A stretch of DNA of 64,000 nucleotides, taken from Candidatus Binatus sp. (GTDB lineage Bacteria > Acidobacteriota > Terriglobia > Acidiferrales > UBA7541). The stretch covers positions 19,719 to 83,718 of the forward strand of contig DATNLR010000127.1 of the NCBI GenBank assembly GCA_035602755.1. The letters run 5' to 3'. Under the pieces are notes generated by a model. The model saw only the letters and a program-made list of their open reading frames with translations. It did no database searches and was not told the origin of the DNA. Below are positions 1 through 8,653 of the stretch, piece after piece. Each line of letters opens with the position of its first letter. The stretch's first letter is position 1. The position numbers and the translations under genes were made by a program.

Positions 1-152
1 TAGTCCCATTTCTGGATGCCATGGTCGATGAAGGTTTGATCGCACTGTCGGAGGTAGAAGTAATCAAGTACGTGCACCAGGATGGCGCACGTTCGTAGCG
101 AGCCGCGCTGACCTGCAGGAGGCTTGTTCGGATAGTGGGGAAGGCCTTGTAT

Positions 153-947
153 TTAATCGGGAACGACTTGCCACCCTGGGGCCAGGCTCGGCTGTAACGT
201 GGGGCCCGTCTGATAATAGGTGCCGCCGTCGAAATTCATAAACCAAATCGTGTTTTCCGGCGTGCTGGTGTTCCACAACAAAAGATCCTTGGCGCCGTCG
301 CCATTAAAGTCGCCCACAGCCTGGATTTCAGTATCAGCGGGCATTTTTGCGAAGACTTGGCTCGACAAAGCAGTTTTCAGGAAAGGTCTGAAATTGGTAA
401 TTCCCAACTGTCCGCTGGAAGGGTTGATCCACACGATGCTGGCATAAGCCGTTCCCAGAGTTTGAAAAATTCCGGTTGCAGCAACGCTCCAGGTAGCATC
501 GAATCGCCCCGATGTGCTGCCATACATTGAGGTGTAACTGGCGGTTGAAGAATAACCGAGGCTCGCAACTTCAAAATCGGTCGTCGTCGGCGGAACTGAT
601 GGATAGAAATAAACAACTTCAAGATTGCCGCCGGTATCCCTCAACAAAACGTCAGAATATCCATCGCCGTTGAAATCGGCCACCGCAGCCAGGGACCAGT
701 TCGAGACTGTCGCGGGCTGAAAAGTTTGCTGCCGGATAACTCGATCGCCATTCATCAATAAAATCTTCCCCGTCTGGGTACTGCTATTCCAAAGAAGGAT
801 ATCCGTGTAACCGTCTCCGTTAAAATCGCCGGTGCCAGCAACCGCGCCGTCGGAGCTTAGAAGTTTGTAAACCTGACTGTACTGTGCATTCCACGGGTCG
901 GCGCTATTCCTATAGGGCTCCTTCCATATGCCAAGGTAACCTGGCGG
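153..947 (-). pseudogene. FG-GAP/VCBS repeat region; out-of-frame C-terminal continuation of the upstream beta-helix protein (frameshifted gene, sequencing error, or separately initiated fragment)
   Basis: Three clear FG-GAP motifs are present: GDFNGDGYTDILLWN, ADFNGDGYSDVLLRD and GDFNGDGAKDLLLWN. The meaningful sequence begins at ...PPGYLGIWKEPYRN, exactly where the 910..2787 ORF loses sense. The first ~70 codons of the 153..1157 ORF overlap the upstream gene and look like noise. Confidence 0.55.
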
Positions 948-2787
948 TATCCGTGACGACGGCACTCGCGTAACCGTCGCCGAAAAAGTCGCCACTGCCT
1001 TGAACTTCAAACTTTGCGGTGAGGTTCGGCTGAGAAATGGAAAAAAGCGAATATTGCAGCGGGCTAGTGGCGGTGGCCAAGCTAAACACGGGAATTTCAA
1101 ACTCAGTTGGGTTGCTTTGATTTCTAAAAAGAAGATCGCCCACGGTGTTCCCCGCATAACTCATATTGCGATTGGCGTCTAAAGTGATTGTGGGATTTGG
1201 CGTCGGCAAGCCCCCAACCACTACATCGTTGAAGCTCACGTCGGAAACTTGATGGGCCAGATTAAATCCCCGAAAAACCGGGGGGAACTGCTGAGCATCG
1301 GTTGCTTGAATATTTTCAAAAGTGAGACCGCTGATGGAGCCAAGCTGTGTGTTGTCGGGTTGAAAGTTACTAGGAAGAATCTCAATTTTAAAGAGTTGCC
1401 AGTTTTCATTTTCCACGCGAATATCTTCGAAAGTGTAATTGCTCAGATTTCCAGAACCACCCTGATTGGCGGAAAACACCGCGTCAGAAGTATTGGGCCA
1501 GTTATATTCAGCGCGTATCACATCGGAATTTCGAACGGTAATATTAGTTACATTGGTTCCGATGCCCGCTCCTATTTCAAATGCTGCTGCGTTGTTCAAT
1601 TTCCAGACCACGCAGTTTTGAACCAACAGATTGCTTGCCGTGATTTTGATGGAGTCGTCACCATTTTTAACAAAACTATTTTCAATCACGCTACCGCTAT
1701 CTTGCGCTCCATAACTTGCTTGAATTCCGTCGGAATTGCCGAGCCAGGCAATCACTTTCACATTGTCCACCGTGTTGCCGCTGCCGCCATTGATTGAGAC
1801 ATTGTAAAAAGGCGATTGGATGAAAGTGATTCCTTCGACCAGCAAATTCTGGACATTGCCTTTGGAACTGACCATGTCAGGACAACCTGCGGGCGTTCCT
1901 ATGCATTGAGCTTTGGGCAGATCCTCTCCGGAGAGAATTCCTCTTCCGCGAATTGTCGCGTTACGCGCTTTAGTTTTAAAAGCTAAGAAGCCCTTCACAT
2001 AAGCGCCCGCCGCTAAATAGACTGTTTGATTCGAATCAACCGTCAACGGCGTGAGGCCCAAATCGTAGACCCCTGGCCCGAAGTACAGAGTGTTCTGAAA
2101 GCCGCTCAGTTGCGGTAGCGCTTCTCCCCGCAGAACTGAGAGGCCTGGTGCAACGCGAAACACGTTGGCGGCGAGGGGATTCGGGGCATTCGTTTCAATT
2201 GGATTGGCAAACACCAACATCGGATTGGTCAGATCTGTATCGTTGGCCTCCGTGCAGGTTTCACCAGTAGCGCAGAAATCAACGGCATATTGCCCGGGTT
2301 GGTCCAACGTAAACGAGATGGTATTGCCGCTGACAGTGGGAATAATTTGCGCATGGCTGGGCAGAATACGAGCTGAGGTGAACGTTGTACTGTTGGTCAC
2401 CTGGACAGTCACGGAACCGGCGAAGGAAAACGACGTCCAGGACGTGGCATGCTCCGAGGTCGAAGAACTGCTGATGCCACTGGGTTGCCCATTGGGTAGA
2501 AACCCTGGGTTTTGCACTTGGTAGACAAACGAACTGATCCACGAATCATTTTGACTGAGGCGCACCGTGTACTGCGAAGACGGAACAATTCCAGGAGGAG
2601 TGCTGTCCACCTGAAGTCCGCCACGTGATTCCGCCTGGGCCTGGCCAGAAGCGGCTAATGTAGGTGCGCCGCCGCCGACATATCCAATCAAACAAACGGT
2701 TAACGCCAGCGAGAAAAGATGGCCAAGCATAGGTAGTTTCCGCTTCGCACCCTCCGGTCGCCGAGACAAATCACAAGCTCCTTTCAT
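910..2787 (-). CDS. Secreted right-handed beta-helix glycoside-hydrolase-like protein (GH49/GH28-like), ending in a first FG-GAP repeat
   Basis: N-terminal hydrophobic signal-like segment (LFSLALTVCLIGYVGG). Beta-helix type motifs NSDGIQ and NGDDSIKI lie in a region of repeated short beta-strand-like segments. The C-terminus GDFFGDGYASAVVTD is an FG-GAP motif interrupted about 12 codons later by a stop. An alternative start at Met20 (2730) is possible. Confidence 0.6.
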   Translation of the reverse strand: MKGACDLSRRPEGAKRKLPMLGHLFSLALTVCLIGYVGGGAPTLAASGQAQAESRGGLQVDSTPPGIVPSSQYTVRLSQNDSWISSFVYQVQNPGFLPNGQPSGISSSSTSEHATSWTSFSFAGSVTVQVTNSTTFTSARILPSHAQIIPTVSGNTISFTLDQPGQYAVDFCATGETCTEANDTDLTNPMLVFANPIETNAPNPLAANVFRVAPGLSVLRGEALPQLSGFQNTLYFGPGVYDLGLTPLTVDSNQTVYLAAGAYVKGFLAFKTKARNATIRGRGILSGEDLPKAQCIGTPAGCPDMVSSKGNVQNLLVEGITFIQSPFYNVSINGGSGNTVDNVKVIAWLGNSDGIQASYGAQDSGSVIENSFVKNGDDSIKITASNLLVQNCVVWKLNNAAAFEIGAGIGTNVTNITVRNSDVIRAEYNWPNTSDAVFSANQGGSGNLSNYTFEDIRVENENWQLFKIEILPSNFQPDNTQLGSISGLTFENIQATDAQQFPPVFRGFNLAHQVSDVSFNDVVVGGLPTPNPTITLDANRNMSYAGNTVGDLLFRNQSNPTEFEIPVFSLATATSPLQYSLFSISQPNLTAKFEVQGSGDFFGDGYASAVVTDTARLPWHMEGAL

Positions 2788-3035
2788 CGAGCGAGGCTGG
2801 CTGGCCGTTCAGTCGTTATCCTCGAACACTGGGTCGACTGAAAAGTAGCAAAAATCCATTGAAATTCGATTACGGTACTATGAACCACGAGTCACTCCGA
2901 GGTTCTTATGTTGGCCGGAAAATACTGTTTTTGGGACTGGGAATGCGGTTTCCAAAAATCACCGGCGCTTTCAGGCGCATTTGTTTTCTGTGAGCGCCAG
3001 CCAGTAGACGATGCTAATTCAGATTCCGGTTCGAC

Positions 3036-6000
3036 CTACTCTCCGGTCCCGGTTAGTTTCACCGTCTGAGGCGAGTTCGTTGCCGCGTCGGCAATTGTGA
3101 GCGTGCCGGTGCGAGTGCCCGTCGCCGTCGGGGTAAACGTCACCATAACCGTGCAACTCGCTGGGGAGGGCCCCAACGAGCTAGTGCAAGTCCCGAGGGT
3201 CTCCGCAAAATCCCCAGTCGTCCCAAACGAAATCGACGTAGATCCCGTGCCAGTATTTTTTATAGTGACCGTCTTGGACGCGCTCGTCGTTCCAACGGCC
3301 TGCTTGGCAAACGTCTCGCTTGTCGGCGTGGCAGTTACCACAACCGTGAGAGCTTTTCCCGTTCCGCTCAGGTTGACCATCTGCGGCGAAGTTGACCCGT
3401 TGTCATTAACCGAGATCGACCCAGCGAGAGTACCCGTCGCTTGCGGCGTAAACGTCACGGAAATCGTGCAAGTCGCCGGAGAAGGACCGAGCGTGGTGCC
3501 GCACGTGTTCGTCTGCGCGAAGTCTCCGCTCGCGGGTGCAATCGAAATCGGCGTGGACGCTGTGCCGATGTTTTTCACCGTCACGGTTTTCGCGGCGCTA
3601 GTGGTTCCCACCGTTTGTGCCGCAAACGTTTCGCTCGTGGGTGAAACTGTCACCACAACCGTGCCAGCCTTGCCGGTCCCGGTCAGGCTCACCGTCTGTG
3701 GCGAGTTGCTGGCATGGTCAGTGATCAAGATCGAGCCGGTCAGTGTGCCGGCCGATTCAGGAGTAAATGTCACGCTAATCGTGCAGCTTGCTGGAGAAGC
3801 TCCCAGGGTAGGGCCGCAGGTGGTGGACTTCACAGCAAAATCTCCACTGGCGGGCGAGATTGTGATCGGCGTAGAACCCGTACCAGTGTTCTTCACAGTT
3901 ACCGTCTTAGCCGCGCTGGTTGTTCCTATCGCCTGGGCAGCAAAAGTCTCGCTCGTCGGAGAGGGTGTCACGATAACAGTGGCAGCCTTGCCCGTCCCGG
4001 TGAGCTTCACCATCTGCGGCGAGCTGGTTGCGCTGTCGGTGACCGAGAGCGTTCCCGTCAGAGTGCCAGTCGTAGTCGGACTGAACGTCACGGATATGGT
4101 GCAACTCGCGCCCGCGGCCAACGTCGTGCCGCATGGTGTTGTTCCGCCGCCAACCGCTGCGAAGTCTCCGGTGACCGCAAACGAAAGCGAGGTCGATCCA
4201 GTTCCCGTATTCTTCACTGTGACAGTCTTAGCCGCACTGGTGGTCCCGACTGTCTGAGCGACAAACGTTTCGCTCGCAGGCGTGGCCGTCACTATGACGG
4301 TACCGCTGCTCGTCCCTGTGCCTGACAAAGTCACCATCTGCGGCGAGTTCGTTGCCTGGTCCGTGATAGAGATGCTGCCGGACAGCGGACCGGCGACGCT
4401 GGGTGTGAACGTCGCGTTGATGGTGCAAGATGCGCCAGCATCCAGTAGGCTCCCGCAGTTATTAACCTGAGCAAAGTTACCGGTGGTGGAGATGGCGATC
4501 GATGTATAAGCAGAGCCCGTATTCTGCACCGTAAAAGTCTGGAAATTACTTGTGGTCCCGACAGCTTGGCCGCCAAAGTTGTAAGTTGTCGGCGTTGCTG
4601 TGACCGTGGTCGTCGCAGGTGTCGCCGTTCCGGACAGAGTTACGACCTGCGGCGAATTTGTTGCGCTGTCAGTGACCGAGATATTGCCCGTTAAGCTGCC
4701 CGTCGTGGTTGGAGCGAACGTTGCGCTAATCGTGCAGCTTGCGCCAGCCGCTAATGTAGAGGGAGCAAGCGGACAAGTAGTCGACTCACCGAAATTCGTG
4801 CTCGCGGTGATGCCGATCGTTGTAGCCACGCTACCGGTATTTTTTACGCTAATCGGTTGGGTAGGGCTGTTTTGGTCCACCACCGTTGAGGGGAAAGAAA
4901 GTGTGGTGGGCGATGCCGTAACGGTGGTCGCTCCAGTACCCGCACTTTGAGACACGAAGAACGGCTCATATGCGAAGACCGCGCAGCCACTCCAGGGCGC
5001 TGATGGGTAATTCTCGACAAATACCAGGAAGGTCCCAGGCGTGGCGATGTCTGCGGAAGGTACGGTGACTTGTAATTCCGTCGAACTCACAAAAGTCGGT
5101 GTGAGGAAGATACTTGGGAAATTAATCCCAACATTCTCTATCGGACTTCCCGTCCCGTTCTGGGTAAAGCCGCTCCCGTTTATCGTAAGAGTGAAGGCTG
5201 AGCTTCCTGAAAGGACCGACGACGGGCTTAGGCTCGTGATTGTGAGTGGCGAGCTGGTGGTGTTGAAATTCGCATATACGAGGGATTCGTCGGTTGGCGA
5301 CAAGGTGTCAGGATTCGTTGTACCGGTGAGGTCCCGACTCCAGCCAGTGAAAATCCAAGACGAACCGCCCGAGTTCGCAGATGGCGTCTCGGTATAGGTC
5401 AATTCTGTCCCGGACGGATAGAATCCGCCAGAGATTGTGGGCGCAGGAGTGATCGCTCCGGTGCCGCCGCAAGGATTGAAATTGGTTGCCGGTACATATT
5501 CAGGACTGAGGGTCGCGATGTAACTCTGACTAGTCGCAGGCAGCGTGATCGTCAGAGGATTTGAGGTTCCTCCTGGAGTCCAGGTCGAAAAAACAAATTG
5601 GGTGTTCAAGTCGAAAGGCTGTAAAGGCGAAGAAAAATCCAGCGTGTGCATGGTGCCGGAGGCCCAAGCCGCGCCATCATAATCTGGGTCTGGAGAAAAA
5701 TTCTTGGGCGTGTAAGTAAATCCGGAGTTCTCCTCCGTGGCGTCCACATTTGCAGACAAGTTCGAGCTGAACGAATCGGGCGTAACGTCGACGGTATAGA
5801 TTGGATAGGTTGTGAATTCCGCAGCGGTATCAACGAACAAACCCGTGTCCGGAACGTAAAATGTCTTGGGATTGGCGCCAAGACCGCCGGGAAGCCAGTA
5901 AGGCGCATTATTGAATTCGTAGAAGTTGTATCCGCTAGCCGGACTGGCAGTCAACGTGGCTTGCTGGCGCGCCACAAAAAAAACGCCGGAGGCGCCGGCA

Positions 6001-7283
6001 TAGCTCTGAGGCGTTGGCGAGACGGAAACGGTGCCCGACCCCGTCGGGAAGATTGCAGCAGTATAAGGGACCAGTTGCATAAAATTGGCGGAGTAGGTTG
6101 CTACTTGCGGGGCTGTTGACGGAAAGCCGGCGTCGCCATTTCCCGGAGTCACCGTAATTGTGTGGCTCTGCATTCCGCCGTCGTTCCAGACGCCGTAGGT
6201 ATAGTAAAAAACTGTCGGCTGTATCGGATTGCTGCTATCGACGATAATTCCGTTCAAAGTTTGTACGCCGGTGGCAACAGCCAGTGTGTGGGAGGAATTC
6301 AGCAGCCAACTGTAGGTCGTTGGCGTTGTGACGGGCGAGCCATCGACCATCACTTGCAAGCCGGGCGGGTTCGACGTGACTGTGACCTGCGAGGGGGCTA
6401 CGCCATACAAGCGCATAATGCCTTCGACGTCAGCTGCCGAATAACCTATGAGGTTTGACAGAGGCATGCCAGGCGGAATTGAATCGAGCGGAGGCCCGCC
6501 GTTACGCGAGAAGGAGAAAGCCGGGTATTCCATCACGGAGGCGAAATCGTACGGAGTCAAGTTCTGCTGGTCGTTATCCACGGCTGGAAGGAAGTTGCCG
6601 ATCGAGCCTTTAATAACGTTGCCATAGTTGAACGTCACATAGGTGGCTGCATCGATGCGCGACTGTTCATGCCACACACCTGTAACGTGTCCAAATTCGT
6701 GGAGAATGGTTGCGATCGTGCAATTCGGTGCTCCATCAACAGACTGCTCCCCGTCATTCGCATCGCCTTCCGTAGCTTCACAGATTCCATTGGCAGTACC
6801 GCTCAGGTTGATGTCGATGTAGTTTGCTTGCGTAGTGCGAGGCACGAGCTGGATGACTCCGGCAAAAGTGGAGTTGTAGGTGCTGATCGCGCTGGCGAGG
6901 TTCGGATTCGCCGATGCTTCGTCGATCACATACGGGATTTGAGCGACACCGTCAACTTTTGGCCAGAGATGGTTCGAGTTAACGAGGCCGACGGAATCGG
7001 AATGTACTCCGCCGCCTTGGCCAGCCTTCGGCATGGGCTGCACGTTTTCCAGGATGATGTCGCCCTCATAGATGTTCCGGCCGTTGATAACTTGATAGGT
7101 GACCGGTCGTCCGCGCCACATGCCCATGCGTGTGTCGGAGGCCGTAGGTGTAGGCTGCGTGATCTGACCGGGGGCTGGTCGTCCTTGCGGTGGCTGTCCT
7201 TGCGCGAAGCTCGCGCCACCAACAGCGCAAAAAACGAAAAGACATAGCACGGACACAGCAATGCGCGACAAGGCTCTAAGCAC
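3036..7283 (-). CDS. Giant secreted astacin-like (M12A-type) zinc metalloprotease with IPT/TIG-like domain and six C-terminal choice-of-anchor-D-like beta-sandwich repeats
   Basis: Signal peptide MLRALSRIAVSVLCLFVFCAVGGASFAQG. Astacin zinc signature HEFGHVTGVWHEQSR (nt 6666-6701) and a Met-turn-like YDFASVMEYP. IPT-like segment LTITSLSPSSVLSGSSAFTLTINGSGF. Six ~105-aa repeats with the pattern VGTTS..KTVTVKNTG....DF......C...L....SCTI.VTF.P...G...G...V.D.A..SPQ.V.L.GTG. GTG start preceded by GGAGGA. Confidence 0.75.
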   Translation of the reverse strand: MLRALSRIAVSVLCLFVFCAVGGASFAQGQPPQGRPAPGQITQPTPTASDTRMGMWRGRPVTYQVINGRNIYEGDIILENVQPMPKAGQGGGVHSDSVGLVNSNHLWPKVDGVAQIPYVIDEASANPNLASAISTYNSTFAGVIQLVPRTTQANYIDINLSGTANGICEATEGDANDGEQSVDGAPNCTIATILHEFGHVTGVWHEQSRIDAATYVTFNYGNVIKGSIGNFLPAVDNDQQNLTPYDFASVMEYPAFSFSRNGGPPLDSIPPGMPLSNLIGYSAADVEGIMRLYGVAPSQVTVTSNPPGLQVMVDGSPVTTPTTYSWLLNSSHTLAVATGVQTLNGIIVDSSNPIQPTVFYYTYGVWNDGGMQSHTITVTPGNGDAGFPSTAPQVATYSANFMQLVPYTAAIFPTGSGTVSVSPTPQSYAGASGVFFVARQQATLTASPASGYNFYEFNNAPYWLPGGLGANPKTFYVPDTGLFVDTAAEFTTYPIYTVDVTPDSFSSNLSANVDATEENSGFTYTPKNFSPDPDYDGAAWASGTMHTLDFSSPLQPFDLNTQFVFSTWTPGGTSNPLTITLPATSQSYIATLSPEYVPATNFNPCGGTGAITPAPTISGGFYPSGTELTYTETPSANSGGSSWIFTGWSRDLTGTTNPDTLSPTDESLVYANFNTTSSPLTITSLSPSSVLSGSSAFTLTINGSGFTQNGTGSPIENVGINFPSIFLTPTFVSSTELQVTVPSADIATPGTFLVFVENYPSAPWSGCAVFAYEPFFVSQSAGTGATTVTASPTTLSFPSTVVDQNSPTQPISVKNTGSVATTIGITASTNFGESTTCPLAPSTLAAGASCTISATFAPTTTGSLTGNISVTDSATNSPQVVTLSGTATPATTTVTATPTTYNFGGQAVGTTSNFQTFTVQNTGSAYTSIAISTTGNFAQVNNCGSLLDAGASCTINATFTPSVAGPLSGSISITDQATNSPQMVTLSGTGTSSGTVIVTATPASETFVAQTVGTTSAAKTVTVKNTGTGSTSLSFAVTGDFAAVGGGTTPCGTTLAAGASCTISVTFSPTTTGTLTGTLSVTDSATSSPQMVKLTGTGKAATVIVTPSPTSETFAAQAIGTTSAAKTVTVKNTGTGSTPITISPASGDFAVKSTTCGPTLGASPASCTISVTFTPESAGTLTGSILITDHASNSPQTVSLTGTGKAGTVVVTVSPTSETFAAQTVGTTSAAKTVTVKNIGTASTPISIAPASGDFAQTNTCGTTLGPSPATCTISVTFTPQATGTLAGSISVNDNGSTSPQMVNLSGTGKALTVVVTATPTSETFAKQAVGTTSASKTVTIKNTGTGSTSISFGTTGDFAETLGTCTSSLGPSPASCTVMVTFTPTATGTRTGTLTIADAATNSPQTVKLTGTGE
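3039..4950 (-). repeat. Six tandem in-frame ~315-bp coding repeats; the last four (about 3039-4316) are most similar to each other
   Basis: The motif SETFAAQTVGTTSAAKTVTVKNTGTGST recurs nearly verbatim in repeats 3-6 of the 1415-aa protein. The long antisense ORFs in this interval are repeat shadows. Confidence 0.8.
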
Positions 7284-7441
7284 AAATCCTCCGGGGTTGG
7301 GACGAAGAAATTGACCTTTTACCGAGCGTAGCCAGGAGCAGACGATGGGTCGGGGTCAGCTGTCTTTTCTAGCGATAAGCCGGCGCGGTGTCAAGATGTG
7401 AAAGCGAGTGGGCCGAAAGTAATGGTAAGTACAGGCCTCGA

Positions 7442-8653
7442 TTAGGTGGCCGTGGGCTTCATCGAGCGCAGTGCAATTCCGCCCAGAATCATAACGGCCG
7501 CGATAATGCTCACCCATAGAACTGCGGGGTGACGTTCCGACCAGGGGCGGTCGTCGGGACGACCGCTAAAGGCAGCATTCTGTTCTTCAGCAGACAGTTG
7601 CACCTGCTCGGCGCTCGCGTCTCTTTGAAATAGCTTGGCGTAATCGTAAATCGGAGGTCCGAGTTTCTCGTCTCCATAATAGAGGCTAAGAGAAGCGCCG
7701 GGTTCGGAGTCGAAATAGATGCGGCGCTCGTACTGCTGCAGATGGACGCCGGTTACCTTCAACGGCGCGTCATCTCCGTTATGGACAATGATTTTGAATG
7801 GCCCTGGGCCGGTCCCTCCGACGTCAAGCCACGGTTGTTCCACATCAATTCTTTGACCATTTCGGTTCAGGTGAATGCGGCTGAGCTCGCCGGAGCCGAA
7901 CCACATTCCGTTATCACTCTGAATTTCGACGTCACGGCGGAAATTAGTTTGCGAGGGGTCAATTGACAAAAGCACTCTTTCGATCGGAACATTCTTCGGA
8001 ATCGAAACAATGAATATTGTGTCGCGGCCTTGCTGGGTGTGTTGCGGCTCGCTATTCAGGTCACGCCACACGGCCTTTTCTTCCAAATTCATCCCCGCTG
8101 ACGCGCTTTCCACGTCCACAGGTTTCACGAAATTGTCTATCCACACGCGCAAGTATTTGTAAGTTGTCACGGGAATGTGCAGCGCGCTGTTGTGGCCAAG
8201 TTTTTCGTCTGACAAATCGTAGAGAGTCGTAGTACCGAGATTGGACCAGCCAACTCCGTGTGGGTCGTCACTCCCTTCGACGCGAGCATGAGCCACAAAG
8301 TTTGTTGTTCGCAGTTTTAATTCAACGCGGTCGTAGCGCGAGATATCGGACATATCCAGAAGAAATTGAGTTTTTCCATTCAGTGTGCCGGGCTGCAGCA
8401 CGCTTATCTTTTTCTGTTCGATCGCCAAACCGCCGCGCTCGATCGTTAACATGTATGGAATTTCTTTTTCCGCTGCGTAAATGCGCAAGTCTTCCAAACC
8501 GGGGCCAGCATGAGGCCAAACGGTTTCGTCCAATACAATGTAGTGTTGGCCGCCGGACGGTATTGGTTGCAGCAGCCGCTCATATTTGAAATAAGAAATA
8601 GAGGCTGTGGCTATTAAAAGCGCTGCCACCATCCCCCGAGCGGTCTTCATCAT
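7442..8653 (-). CDS. DUF3999-like secreted/anchored protein (family recognised from memory of the DUF2339/DUF3999 gene pairing)
   Basis: The likely start MMKTARGMVAALLIATASISY gives a signal peptide. There is a C-terminal TM anchor AVLWVSIIAAVMILGGIAL. Its ATG overlaps the upstream TAA by 1 nt (TAATG at 8651-8655), indicating translational coupling to the DUF2339-like gene. Confidence 0.5.
   Translation of the reverse strand: MMKTARGMVAALLIATASISYFKYERLLQPIPSGGQHYIVLDETVWPHAGPGLEDLRIYAAEKEIPYMLTIERGGLAIEQKKISVLQPGTLNGKTQFLLDMSDISRYDRVELKLRTTNFVAHARVEGSDDPHGVGWSNLGTTTLYDLSDEKLGHNSALHIPVTTYKYLRVWIDNFVKPVDVESASAGMNLEEKAVWRDLNSEPQHTQQGRDTIFIVSIPKNVPIERVLLSIDPSQTNFRRDVEIQSDNGMWFGSGELSRIHLNRNGQRIDVEQPWLDVGGTGPGPFKIIVHNGDDAPLKVTGVHLQQYERRIYFDSEPGASLSLYYGDEKLGPPIYDYAKLFQRDASAEQVQLSAEEQNAAFSGRPDDRPWSERHPAVLWVSIIAAVMILGGIALRSMKPTAT

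Noticed and set aside
1-152. Possible partial minus-strand ORF running off the left edge (…ILVHVLDYFYLRQCDQTFIDHGIQKWD)
   Set aside because: Only about 25 codons are visible, with no clear start or Shine-Dalgarno. This is too little to support a call.
1249-1797. 182-aa plus-strand ORF inside the beta-helix glycosidase gene
   Set aside because: It is antisense to a gene with a signal peptide and beta-helix motifs. Its composition is odd and no motif is recognisable.
3097-4257. 386-aa plus-strand ORF, with several shorter ones up to about 5400, antisense to the astacin-repeat gene
   Set aside because: The ORF is a Val/Pro/Ala-rich periodic sequence that mirrors the tandem coding repeats on the minus strand. 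It has no start context and is fully overlapped by a gene with strong domain evidence. It is a classic shadow ORF in high-GC repeats.
3039-4950. Regular ~315-bp periodicity that could superficially suggest a CRISPR or satellite array
   Set aside because: The repeats are long and contiguous with no unique spacers. They are in frame and encode a conserved beta-sandwich domain, so this is a protein repeat and not a CRISPR array.
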